The translations under genes and the position numbers were made by a program. Positions 9,372 through 20,100 of a stretch of DNA of 48,583 bases are shown here, piece by piece. The notes below the pieces were generated by a model that ran no database searches, had not been told where the DNA came from, and worked only from the letters and a program-made list of their open reading frames with translations. This stretch comes from a virus. Taxonomy: Duplodnaviria; Caudoviricetes. How positions within the stretch are numbered: position 1 is the first letter of the stretch; every line of letters begins with the position of its first letter. The stretch lies in the IMG/VR virus record IMGVR_UViG_3300017785_007713, positions 1-48,583 of that record; one strand, given 5' to 3'.

Positions 9372-11747
9372 TCATATACTGAAATCTGAATTTGCTACTA
9401 TATTGAAATACAACTCGTCGTATGTTACATATCCACCAAGAGCGCATATGTTTGCACCATGTATCGATGGTGTTGCAGAAATCGTTGAGGCATTGAGTCT
9501 GGACTCACGAACTGAGCTTCCATATCCTATTGTTCCAGAAGTATTTCTCATATCAAGACCAGCGGTCTTATTGTATGCATCGTTCTGCACTCCAGAGAAT
9601 GGAGAATAGATTGAAACCGTTGGAGTTACACGCATTCTTGTTGGCCACCGAAGCATGTTGCATGTTTTGTTTGGCAATATGAATGTGTCAAGTGAATTTG
9701 ATGTCGGTGTGGTTGTATCAAACATCGTGATAGAACCAATTGTCTGCGTTTCAGTGTAATTCGTATAGTAGAATTGCTGGCAGTATTCGAGCTGATCGTT
9801 GTAATCCTGATATATGGCATTTGGAACACTTGTACCTACTGTGGCGACGAATGAAGCCACACTCACTGTTATATTCTGACCTAGTGTGATTCCATTGATG
9901 TTTGCCTGTTCCATCAGAGGAATGAAATCAATGCCAACCTCGCAGTAGTCGTCGTTCAGATCAATATCAATTCCATTATTTTCAAGTGCTGCAATGGGTG
10001 AATTGAATGTGAATGGTTGCCATGTTCCAGTTAGATTTGCCGTTCCAAGTTTCTTGTAATCTATCAGCGATAAACCAGAATATCTTGTGAAATACACATC
10101 GACTGGATAGATGTCAGTGGATACTTTTCCATAGAACTTGACATTCAGATTGTTCAAATCAAATTTCTTGGCACCTGGAATAACATGGCCAACCATGAGA
10201 TGGTCATAGTCATTGTATCCACCAGAGGTTCCAGAGGCACCCATAGCGGATAAACCTAGATGCTTGAAATCTACATAATACCGTGGATTTCCTTCTATTT
10301 CTGTTTGATATTCATCGAATTCACTTCGAATTATCGAATAACTCTTTGTTCCATCCGAACCAGAAATATCATCATGTCTTCTCCACATATCTGCAAATAC
10401 GAGACTTCCCGATGCAGTATATGCGTTTTCTCTACCAGTATTATCTCTCTGCCAAACCTCAAAGTTTCCATTGACGAGATAATTGGTTCCCTGATTCAGA
10501 CCACCACTTGCACCGTCAGCGGAAATATATGTGCTTGATGATGCTGGGAGGGATCTATCTGTAACGTATCCAGATTTGGCCTTGTTTACTACAACGGCTC
10601 CGTTCGTGGAATACTTTATGAATGCAACATGCTCAGATGGAGTCTGGGTATATTGTGGATTTGCAGATGGATTTGCACCATCATACAGTGGATTCAAATA
10701 GTAGGTTCCAGCTGAATAGCTATTGAATATGTCAGTGAATCCATATAAAGATATTTCAAGGAATCCAAGACCACCGATATCCAATATGTCTGTAACAACA
10801 CCAAGTGCATTTTCTGGTCGAATATTTACCGTGCCGCTAAATGGTGGATTTGACCAAGCTATGGATCTTTCCGTCATAGAGGAAATTAAAGCATAACCAT
10901 TTGGAATATCGCTACCAGCAATTCCACCGTAAAGTTCATATCCAAGGCTTTGCATCTCTGTTCTGGATTGACCTTGGACTTCAATCAAGGAAACCATGGT
11001 CCCATCAACAATCGTTGTGGATGTAAGTACAGCAGATGAACCAGTGTTGATTATGATTCTATCGTTAGCACCAGTGCCACCACTAAATCCTTCAGAGTTG
11101 AGATAATTACCTCTCATCTGAAGAACCATGCCGACATTACCAGTTATACCCATGATTACTGGTTTTGAAACTTGACCAGTTTGAATTGGTTCTACATCCG
11201 TTATTGATCCAGTTGTGCCTGGATCCAGGAAGTATATCCAGCCAGCGGTTAGGCCAATTCCTCTTGTATTGACAGTGCTAAAATCACCAGTTATCTGACC
11301 AAGAAGAGTTACATATGCATATGTCGATGTTATTTCAGATACCACACCGAAAACTTCGGCCTGATCGGGATCATTGCCTCTGGCTGCTTCATATTTGTTT
11401 GTGTTTGTTGCTATGTCTCTATAGACTCGAACTGGAGTACCAAAAGTATATCCACCAACTGTAGAATTAATGGTGGGAACTCTAACCGATATGTTGGGAA
11501 TGGCAACTGTATTGTTGAAATAGACTGGTCCGTTGAAGGATATTCCATTATCAACTTTTCCACTTAGGCTTATGGTTGCTTTTCCAGTCAAAGCAATAGG
11601 AGCAGTGATACCATCTCCACCCTCAACAGTGAATGTGTTGATTAGATTCAACTTTTCGATTATTTCATTGTTTTCTTTTTGAAACCAATCGTAAAAGGAA
11701 CTATCCGAGTTCAGTTGGGTTATCTGTGTGTCTCTATCTATTGCCAT
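9372..11747 (-). CDS. Tail fibre protein
   Basis: 791 aa. Contains the shared AEVFGVV...IYFLDP...VSKP module and a C-terminal NYLVNGNFEVWQR...ADMW...LEYCQQFY domain typical of phage fibres. Confidence 0.7.
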   Translation of the reverse strand: MAIDRDTQITQLNSDSSFYDWFQKENNEIIEKLNLINTFTVEGGDGITAPIALTGKATISLSGKVDNGISFNGPVYFNNTVAIPNISVRVPTINSTVGGYTFGTPVRVYRDIATNTNKYEAARGNDPDQAEVFGVVSEITSTYAYVTLLGQITGDFSTVNTRGIGLTAGWIYFLDPGTTGSITDVEPIQTGQVSKPVIMGITGNVGMVLQMRGNYLNSEGFSGGTGANDRIIINTGSSAVLTSTTIVDGTMVSLIEVQGQSRTEMQSLGYELYGGIAGSDIPNGYALISSMTERSIAWSNPPFSGTVNIRPENALGVVTDILDIGGLGFLEISLYGFTDIFNSYSAGTYYLNPLYDGANPSANPQYTQTPSEHVAFIKYSTNGAVVVNKAKSGYVTDRSLPASSSTYISADGASGGLNQGTNYLVNGNFEVWQRDNTGRENAYTASGSLVFADMWRRHDDISGSDGTKSYSIIRSEFDEYQTEIEGNPRYYVDFKHLGLSAMGASGTSGGYNDYDHLMVGHVIPGAKKFDLNNLNVKFYGKVSTDIYPVDVYFTRYSGLSLIDYKKLGTANLTGTWQPFTFNSPIAALENNGIDIDLNDDYCEVGIDFIPLMEQANINGITLGQNITVSVASFVATVGTSVPNAIYQDYNDQLEYCQQFYYTNYTETQTIGSITMFDTTTPTSNSLDTFILPNKTCNMLRWPTRMRVTPTVSIYSPFSGVQNDAYNKTAGLDMRNTSGTIGYGSSVRESRLNASTISATPSIHGANICALGGYVTYDELYFNIVANSDFSI

Positions 11748-11757
11748 TTTTTATCCG

Positions 11758-12471
11758 TTAATTTGTTCCAGTTGCAAATACCTGAGCATTGTTATTGTAT
11801 GGCCAGTTGAGAGTAAACTGGGATGATGATGTTCTTATAGCGGTAAATAATGTTGAAAACTTACCAAGACCAGTGTTTGTTTTTGTCAATTGAATGCTCT
11901 GGAGCTTTATTCTGTTTGCACCAGGCACTGTCATGTTTGCATTTGCAGAGTTTGATTCATCATTTAGAGTATCATCGACGCTTGAATTTACATCAGAAAT
12001 ACTATATGTGAACCCATACTTCAATGGAGTGGTTGAGGTTTCTGCAAATGTTACGTTTATGGTTTGCTGAGTTTCCAGATATATCCAATACCCAAATCCA
12101 GAGTTCAATACACCAGCAGTTGGAGTTGAAATCGTATCAACAATATAATACCATCCGCGTGCAGCTGTTACGGTCAAAGTGCCAGAAGTTGGTATAGTAA
12201 CAGTTAGAAGAGTTGGGGTGTATGGAGTACATCCATCCCAAAATGGATTTCCAGCGGTATAAACGTCTTTCCAGTTGTTATGTGTTCTGTTACTTAAAGT
12301 CTGATAGAACAGGAATTGCTCCTGCATTTCATTCAACTCAGCGGCCTGTAGGGCAAATCCAGGTCTAAATCCAGCTAAAACATAATTTGCTGGTCTAGAC
12401 ATGAACTCTGAAACTCTGGAGAGATAGACTCCAGTATCCAGTGGTAGAGTTGAAAAGGGTGTTGCCGCCAT
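11758..12471 (-). CDS. Short DUF4815/VrlC-like baseplate-associated protein
   Basis: 237 aa. FRPGFALQAAELNEMQ and PGANRIKL motifs; lies directly after gp8, as in T4-like marine and freshwater phages. Confidence 0.65.
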   Translation of the reverse strand: MAATPFSTLPLDTGVYLSRVSEFMSRPANYVLAGFRPGFALQAAELNEMQEQFLFYQTLSNRTHNNWKDVYTAGNPFWDGCTPYTPTLLTVTIPTSGTLTVTAARGWYYIVDTISTPTAGVLNSGFGYWIYLETQQTINVTFAETSTTPLKYGFTYSISDVNSSVDDTLNDESNSANANMTVPGANRIKLQSIQLTKTNTGLGKFSTLFTAIRTSSSQFTLNWPYNNNAQVFATGTN

Positions 12472-14202
12472 TTAGAATCCTTTTACGATATTTATACGGA
12501 ATATCTTTGTATTTTCTGTCTCCGTGGTAGCATTTCCAAATGTGAGTGGATTTTCCAGTATTTTTGTTTGGGAAACCTTGCCACTGTATTGTTTGAATGC
12601 TGGTTTGTATTCGACGGAATCGACAACATATAGTGTGGAGTTCACCGTAAGAGATGTGATACTATCGACATCCTTATAATTTATATTAGCAACTTCGACC
12701 TTTAACTGACCACCACTGCTGTCTATATTGGTGATTTCAACATCACTCAATATGTTTCCGTTTTCCAATGTTGCCTCACCTACAATTTCATCCTCAAGTG
12801 ATCCAGCACCAGTTAATACAAGTTTACTGGTTGTTTTTTCAACATACGTATTGTCTTTGCCATATTGAGATCCAGCAACTATTTCAAGACCATCATCAAG
12901 AATTTCTATTGGATTCTCAACAAGAGCATAGAAATTTATTTTATTTGGTATTGAAAGATTTTGTTGTCTGAGAACATTTGTCTCTATTCTAACATCAAAC
13001 ATTATATTCTGTGCAGATAAGGCAGATACTGGATCAAAATTAAGTCCATCAAGAATATCAAGATTTATTTCAATTGAGGCTATAAGTTGGTCAATTTGTG
13101 TTGACGTTAGATATGTAAATGTCGAGTAATCGATTGAAAGATTGTAATCTTTATATCCCTCACCATTTGATATTAGAGATAACCCATTTATTATATTTTC
13201 ACCATTGGTATTTACATAAGTTGTAAATCTTAGAATTGCTCCAGATCCAGAGGCACTGGTGATTGTTATCTCTGGATTTTGTCTTTCAACAACAAGATCA
13301 TTGATATCAAAGGCTGATAGATTAAGCATCGCAGATACAATTGCACCATCTGCTAGTCCGTCAGCTGAGATCTTGTATAACGAATAATATGCCGAGGAGG
13401 TCGATATCTGATTTGTGTTTACCAATTCCTCTATCTGATCAAATTTGTCTTTAATTGTTATTGTCGGTAAAGCTGATCCAGTTGAGCTATATGGTACTGC
13501 CACATATCGATCATCTGATTCAAATAGATAGAAGCATTCCTGACAACTTATTTTAAATGAGGTGTATAGATCGCCAGCAGAATATGTGGTAAAATTACCA
13601 AATGTCTCTTCTATTTGTGTAGTATTATTGAAATAAACTCCACAATTGACAGAAGTTCCCTGGCTATTATTGCAAAATTTATTTGCATTTATATATTTTG
13701 ATGTGTCATTTGTCCTAAAATCATCAAATGTAATCACTGGAATCCAGGCTGAATTCACAAAACGAAGTAAATCTGCGGTTATTCTATACAAAGGTAGCCA
13801 AGTATATCCATCTGCATATGTTTTTGTGCCAGCAGAATGGGTAGGAATCTGGGTCGAGACACTTGTCATCGACAAATCCTTGCGATTCAGTGGATTATTT
13901 GAAACACAAAGATAGACAATGCCATTTGTCTTATTCCAAACATAGTAAGATCCAGTATTTTGTTCAGTGCTCTTCCAGTAATTATAGACATTACCAGAAG
14001 ACCATATTCTATTTGGAACAACTGCTATTGAATCCTTCTTACCAACTCTATAAGACATCTCGGATGTTCTCCAGATGTCTATTCCGCTATCTGCGGTATT
14101 GCTTGTGACCGTATTTGGGGTATTTCCGAAAAGAAAAAATACCTGATTCTTCGTTCCAATATCCCGCAGATAACTCTTGAGTGTATTTGATTTATTTAAC
14201 AT
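12472..14202 (-). CDS. gp8: Baseplate wedge subunit (T4 gp8-like)
   Basis: VVPNRIWSSGNVY, VYLCVSNN, PTH...DGYTWLPLY motifs; gp6-gp7-gp8 synteny. Confidence 0.8.
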   Translation of the reverse strand: MLNKSNTLKSYLRDIGTKNQVFFLFGNTPNTVTSNTADSGIDIWRTSEMSYRVGKKDSIAVVPNRIWSSGNVYNYWKSTEQNTGSYYVWNKTNGIVYLCVSNNPLNRKDLSMTSVSTQIPTHSAGTKTYADGYTWLPLYRITADLLRFVNSAWIPVITFDDFRTNDTSKYINANKFCNNSQGTSVNCGVYFNNTTQIEETFGNFTTYSAGDLYTSFKISCQECFYLFESDDRYVAVPYSSTGSALPTITIKDKFDQIEELVNTNQISTSSAYYSLYKISADGLADGAIVSAMLNLSAFDINDLVVERQNPEITITSASGSGAILRFTTYVNTNGENIINGLSLISNGEGYKDYNLSIDYSTFTYLTSTQIDQLIASIEINLDILDGLNFDPVSALSAQNIMFDVRIETNVLRQQNLSIPNKINFYALVENPIEILDDGLEIVAGSQYGKDNTYVEKTTSKLVLTGAGSLEDEIVGEATLENGNILSDVEITNIDSSGGQLKVEVANINYKDVDSITSLTVNSTLYVVDSVEYKPAFKQYSGKVSQTKILENPLTFGNATTETENTKIFRINIVKGF

Positions 14203-14203
14203 T

Positions 14204-15400
14204 TTAGCAATTCGCGCAAGTCTTTGTATCGTTCGGGCTAGTCAATCCAGTGCTGTAGCATAACTCTATGAAGCTTAAAATATTTATATCAAAAAATCTA
14301 GTTTCTGTTATGGCACCAGTCCAGGTGGGGAGGACATGTATCGGTCCTGTGAATCCAGTAGCAGCTGGTATTTGGTATGATCCATCACACCCAGAGCACC
14401 CAGTAAGACCATACAGTGTTATTCCATAATGACTGCCAAGTTCTCCATACGATAAAGTCATGGAATAAGCTGCATAGTTCTTTAGCATTGGGTATTCGCA
14501 TATTATGATGTTTTCATCGGCAACACCTGGTCCCTGGTAATCGCTGATTTGCTTACCATAAATCAATCTCAATCCAGCTGGATGCAATGACTTGACATAT
14601 GCATCTCTGAGAGTTATATTTTCCTGATAATTGTTGATATAGACAAGATATGACCAATCCTGAAACCAATCATTATCCTGAAATCGTGAGATGTTCAATC
14701 CAGAACCAAGGCTATTTGTCGCACTGTAATTTCCAGTGGCAGAGGCAAATGCAAAATAATCATTCGCAAACATTCCACCATTAAGACGAAGAACATCCAC
14801 CTTTGGATAGTATACGAGAATATCATCTTCTGTTATATTGAATAGCTTAGTGAAAAAATAGTTTATCGATTCAAGATTTGTTTTTCTTCCGTGGAGATTT
14901 TTCTTGATCCCTACTATGAATTCTCTTGCTTTCTGAAGATCAAATTGAAGTTCGGCACTGTTCTTAACCGAATCGTAAGGAAATGAAGCAAAATAATTTG
15001 CATATATTTTCTTGAGAAATTCTTCTCTTGTTTTCTCTACATCTATAATGTCAAGTAGATTATTTGCAAGAGCGTATCTTCCACCATCTGGGGAATCACA
15101 ATAGAGCCAATCATAGTATTTCTGTAAAAAATCAAATACAGAGATTACATTGGATTCACCTTTGGCGACTCTTGAAGATTTTTCTGCAATTACCCAATTT
15201 GGTATGAGTCTACTGATATCATAGTTGGTTGTACACGAAGATTCGTTAAATGCCAAAGGATCAAGACCTTGCTGTTGCTCGGTTGATCTTTGAGTTATTG
15301 TTCCATAGCTTTGCTCATACTCTGAATTGATATCGACAAGAAAATCAGCAAGTGCATGATTTATGTTTTTTACTGAATTGTTGAGATATCCAGATATCAT
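14204..15400 (-). CDS. gp7: Baseplate wedge initiator (short T4 gp7-like)
   Basis: FLQKYYDWL, DIIDVEKT, SRFQDNDWFQDWSY, LHPAGLRL motifs; lies between gp6 and gp8. Confidence 0.7.
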   Translation of the reverse strand: MISGYLNNSVKNINHALADFLVDINSEYEQSYGTITQRSTEQQQGLDPLAFNESSCTTNYDISRLIPNWVIAEKSSRVAKGESNVISVFDFLQKYYDWLYCDSPDGGRYALANNLLDIIDVEKTREEFLKKIYANYFASFPYDSVKNSAELQFDLQKAREFIVGIKKNLHGRKTNLESINYFFTKLFNITEDDILVYYPKVDVLRLNGGMFANDYFAFASATGNYSATNSLGSGLNISRFQDNDWFQDWSYLVYINNYQENITLRDAYVKSLHPAGLRLIYGKQISDYQGPGVADENIIICEYPMLKNYAAYSMTLSYGELGSHYGITLYGLTGCSGCDGSYQIPAATGFTGPIHVLPTWTGAITETRFFDINILSFIELCYSTGLTSPNDTKTCANC

Positions 15401-15402
15401 TT

Positions 15403-17169
15403 TTACTTCAATTCGACTGATGATGTTCTAAATCTAAACTTATTATTGACGTTTGATACAAAGTAACTGTTTTTAAACATGACAGATATGGTGACTGGGG
15501 AGCCTGAAAGACGAGCATCATAGATCTCTATCACACCCCTCTTGATGTTCACTCTTCCATTTATATCTGTACTTACTAGGAAATTTCCAGATGTTTGCTT
15601 GACTAGGGTTTTCAGATTAATGAATTCAAACTGATTCTGACCAGCTTGAACATACGCAACTAACTTTATTGTCTGATTGAGTTTATTCTTGAATTCGCCA
15701 GTTATCTCGTAGTCTGTATATAATGGAATATCCAATTCATTTTCAACGTTTACTAGTATTGGTCCATCTTCGGTGAATGTTTCGGAATAACTAAATGTAA
15801 AGTCAGATGGCTCTATTATTACCTCTGGATATACATTGTTTATCTGAGTGATCGCATCTGTAGCATTGAAGTAGAAATTATACTCACCATCCGAATCAAA
15901 ATTATTATTCAATATTGTCTTGATTCCATTTCGTATCGCCTGCTGTTCACCTTGCGTATATGATCTTGTACTTGCAAGTCGATAGGTAACATCATTCTCA
16001 ACACTTCTATTTTTTGGTGTCGTGAATTCTGGTATTACAGTTACAACACACTTTGTTCTCAGAAGATCATAAATCTGCTGTATCTTCTGCAAATCACCAT
16101 CAACCCCTGGATCCAAATCTGCCGTGAAGAATACTCTTCCATACATTCTTGGAAATACTTCATCCCCACCAAAGACATTGAATTCCGATGAAGATGTGAA
16201 GAATGGGGCAACTATGGCCTTGATATCGTCCTTTGTAACAGCTCTGTTCTGTGACCCGAACGATCTTGGGGCAACAAACTTAACATAATCAATATCTGGC
16301 TCATCAAGCCCACCAGCGGATTTCTTAGCCAGACCTATTGTTAAATTTCCAGCAATTTCGGTTGGTGCAACAAAAGAGAAGGCAACAATATCATTCGCCT
16401 GACTTCCACTTGAGGCCAGATAATCTACGAATATCTGATCAGAACCATCATTTATAGAATTTCCAAGGCTATTTTCCTTTCCAAAGAGAACATAGACTCC
16501 GTTGTTTGCTCTTTCCAGGTAGTACACATTCTGATTTGCTGTGGTAGTATTTCCAAGAGTATCGGCAAGAACCCAAGGATCCTTTGAGTTGGTTGGAACA
16601 TTAAGACCATCCAACTGAATCTTGACTTTAAGCGTTCTCACATCAATATCTGGATCATTGATGAAAAATCTCTGCTTAATTGAATCAAATCTATTGCTGA
16701 CATTCAAATCCTTGTAGATTCTCTTACCCTCATATACTTCAACATTCAATGCATCGCTATCGACGGCCTGATATGATGCTATGGTATAGAAGGAATATAT
16801 TATACCATCTGAGTTTATTCCATAGAAATGTGCAAATTCTGGAATATCATCCACTAGACCAAAAACATTTATTACTGCCTTAGCGGAGGATTTCAATGGA
16901 ACAAAATACCCAAGTGGCTTTGTCAGGGAAACAATTGAATCTATTCTCTGCGCAGAATCAAGAAAGGTTTCATTTGAAACCATGTTTGCGTAAAAGGCAT
17001 AGTAATAGGTATTGTATGCAAGAGCATTCAAGATGGTCTGCATAACCGATCCTTCGAAATTAAAATCCCGAAGACTGTCTTGGTTCTTTAGATAACTCTT
17101 AAGACTTTCCTTGATATCTTCAAAATTTAAATTTCCTAGAGTTGGTGTTTGATTTGGATATGCTACCAT
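15403..17169 (-). CDS. gp6: Baseplate wedge subunit (T4 gp6-like)
   Basis: LNFEDIKESLKSYL...DFNFEGS...LAYNTYY...NETFLDSAQ...GY.P.S; QNRAVTKDD. Confidence 0.92.
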   Translation of the reverse strand: MVAYPNQTPTLGNLNFEDIKESLKSYLKNQDSLRDFNFEGSVMQTILNALAYNTYYYAFYANMVSNETFLDSAQRIDSIVSLTKPLGYFVPLKSSAKAVINVFGLVDDIPEFAHFYGINSDGIIYSFYTIASYQAVDSDALNVEVYEGKRIYKDLNVSNRFDSIKQRFFINDPDIDVRTLKVKIQLDGLNVPTNSKDPWVLADTLGNTTTANQNVYYLERANNGVYVLFGKENSLGNSINDGSDQIFVDYLASSGSQANDIVAFSFVAPTEIAGNLTIGLAKKSAGGLDEPDIDYVKFVAPRSFGSQNRAVTKDDIKAIVAPFFTSSSEFNVFGGDEVFPRMYGRVFFTADLDPGVDGDLQKIQQIYDLLRTKCVVTVIPEFTTPKNRSVENDVTYRLASTRSYTQGEQQAIRNGIKTILNNNFDSDGEYNFYFNATDAITQINNVYPEVIIEPSDFTFSYSETFTEDGPILVNVENELDIPLYTDYEITGEFKNKLNQTIKLVAYVQAGQNQFEFINLKTLVKQTSGNFLVSTDINGRVNIKRGVIEIYDARLSGSPVTISVMFKNSYFVSNVNNKFRFRTSSVELK

Positions 17170-17195
17170 CTTTCTTCTTTCTATTTTTTATTTAT

Positions 17196-20100
17196 TTAAA
17201 ATATATCTCGTTTGTAAGTGCTTGGTGTAGATGGATTTTCCTTTTCCTGATAATATGAATCCCTATTCAGGGTAACGACCATAAATTCTATGTTACTTGA
17301 CTTGAATACTCTCGAAATTCCAGTAACCATCCATTTTCCACTGACACGATCATATCGATTCTTGTACTGGATAGATGGATTTGGCCTCTTGATCGTTATA
17401 ATACTTCCGATCTTCAATTGATCATTTGGATATATTGTCATTACAGCCCTTTGTGCATTGAACATCATCATCTGAGCCTGTCTTCTCAGCGGAGTCTCTG
17501 GTGGGGTTGTATAGAACGTGGCATTGGACCTAATGGTGTTGAGGAAGGTTGGGAAATATTTCCCTTGTTCTGGGCAATTACACGATGCTACATTCTGGTC
17601 GTCGGATAGAATGCAGCCAAGGTAATCTTTACCGAGATACTTCTCAATCAACTTACATTCCTTGGTTTCCTCGAATGCAATGGCCAGTTCCTTATAACTT
17701 GGCTCTCTTTCCTTTGGCATTATGTTCTTTGCTGGGCAGTTGCAGTATGGATCGTTTTCTGGACAATCAATATTCGACACTTGGCCCTTTGGGTTTAGGC
17801 ACTTTAGCTTGAGCTTTTTGCAGATGTTAGACTCCGAGTTTGACTGAGAGAACACCACAAACTGGGCCGCAAAGTTATTATCAAACAGATCGTATTCTGG
17901 TGGAAGAGTTGGTGGACTAGTCATTCCATACTCTGCCTCACCGAATACATCGTACTTCCAGACATCCTTCGTAAGCAATCCTGGCCGATATATTGTGAAA
18001 TCTCCATTCAGATAGTATTCGATGTCATCTGTGAATATCTGAGGAAGATTATTCTGCGAGGAGAAACTAATTCCAGAGAATTGATTTAGTATAGAATTGC
18101 CAGCCAAATCCAAATTATCGAATATAATGTTATCGATAGAATTTGATTGTAAGAATGTTCTTAGCGGTGCCGTACTTTTGAGTGCTATTGAATTTTCAAC
18201 TGCCAGAGAAAAATCATTTCCACCAAATGCCGCAAAATCATCTCCAGTCAATAATGTTTCAACATCAAATATTGGTATACTAACACTGGGTTTATAATTA
18301 TTAAAATTAGCAATTCTATTCAAAAGTGTATTAAAATACAACTTAGATGGGAATGTAAAATCATACCAACTTCTTCTAACATTATAATGTAGATGTGATC
18401 CAATTAAATTATATGATCCATACTTTGCATCAGATATTGTTTTAACTATAGATGGTTTTGCCATCTTTATATAACTGGATACTTGGGATTCATCTTTGAT
18501 TGGAATAAAATATTCAGTTGGAGTTAAAATATTATTCAAAGCTAAATTCAATGAATAATAATAATTATTCACTCTATAATCTGGATAAAATGAACCATTT
18601 GATCTATTTACTCCCAGGTTTAAAAACACGGGTCCAACTGCACCGATATAATTATCATATTCAGTAAAATCTGCTCCAACATCAGCTACATAAGATCCAT
18701 TATTTTCATAATATGTAAATTCATTCTCAAATTGTTTTTCAGACCAAAGTGACATATCATGAATATCATGTGTCGATTTATCTAGTTTAATTTTATTTAA
18801 TGGTTTATGCCACCAATAATAACCCCACTCTTTATAATCAGAATAATTATTTTTTGTCTTATTTTTCTTTATAGCAACATCGAATCCATATGGATCAATT
18901 CCAATTACGGCTACATTTGATTGAATTGATTGTCTTCCATTTGGTCCAGCTGTCAATTGAACCAAGTAGGGTAAAAAGTATTCACTGCCAGCATCTCTCA
19001 CAAATCCACTTGGAAAATCGACAAGACGATCAACTCCAATTGGATTGACAAATTCTATTCTAACATAAGAACTTATTTCCTCTTTTACCAGAGACGGTGG
19101 CTTCTTGCCATCTACGTTTGAAAATATATTAAATTTATTTGTTATAGAATCTAATGTTGTATTTTGTGGAAGATATGCAGAAACTGCTCCAGTGGAATCA
19201 AGTGTAGCTCCAGATTGATAGAATAAATTATTCTGTTGATATATTCCCGCTGGAAGAACTAGTGAAGCCCCAATATCACTTGGTAGTGTTGATTGTTCCA
19301 AGCCTGGTGGACCTACAAGATAATTTAAATTATTATCATAATAATATGCATCGGCATAATCTCTTTTTTCTGTATCAAGACCTGGTTTTGTTGCATAATT
19401 TATGGATAACTGACTATTGTCATTTCTAAAAGTTTTATATTTTTGATCATAATATGGATGATTTCCAGTTATTCCTGGATTTCTAGATCTATCATCTCCA
19501 AAATAAACATCATACACATAACTACCAACACCACTGGTTATGCCAAATCTTTTAGAAAGAACTTCATATTTACTTCCACGTATTGGTTTTCTTTTAATTG
19601 ATTTTATATTAAAAAGATTTAATGATGATTGTTTATTGTAAATATTTCCTGGCTGCAATGGATCGAAAGGATTTTTTGATATAAAAAATGCTTTTCTATC
19701 TATGAATTCTTCATATTTTGCATTGAATGTATTTTGAACATTTTGAAGCTTTGATATTATATTTTCCAAAACAAGACGGCGCAATTTCAGTTGCTTCAAT
19801 ACTTTTGCATATTCAAATTTTGCACCTTGCAATGCAATTGGATCTAGACATGTATCGCACCATATAGTTTCATTGTCTACACCATCATTAAGATCTTGAT
19901 CTAACCAACTACTCTCGTCAGCAACTTCAATTTCATTATAATCAGTTGGTATAAAATTTGGATCCTGATATGTTCTATGATATGTGCCAGTTAAAAGTTT
20001 TGTCTTTGAACACGAATATAGGAAGTCTGGCTTTTGGAATGGAAGTTCATATGCCATTGTTCCGTCCACGGCAACTGGACAACCAAATTGAAGATAAACC

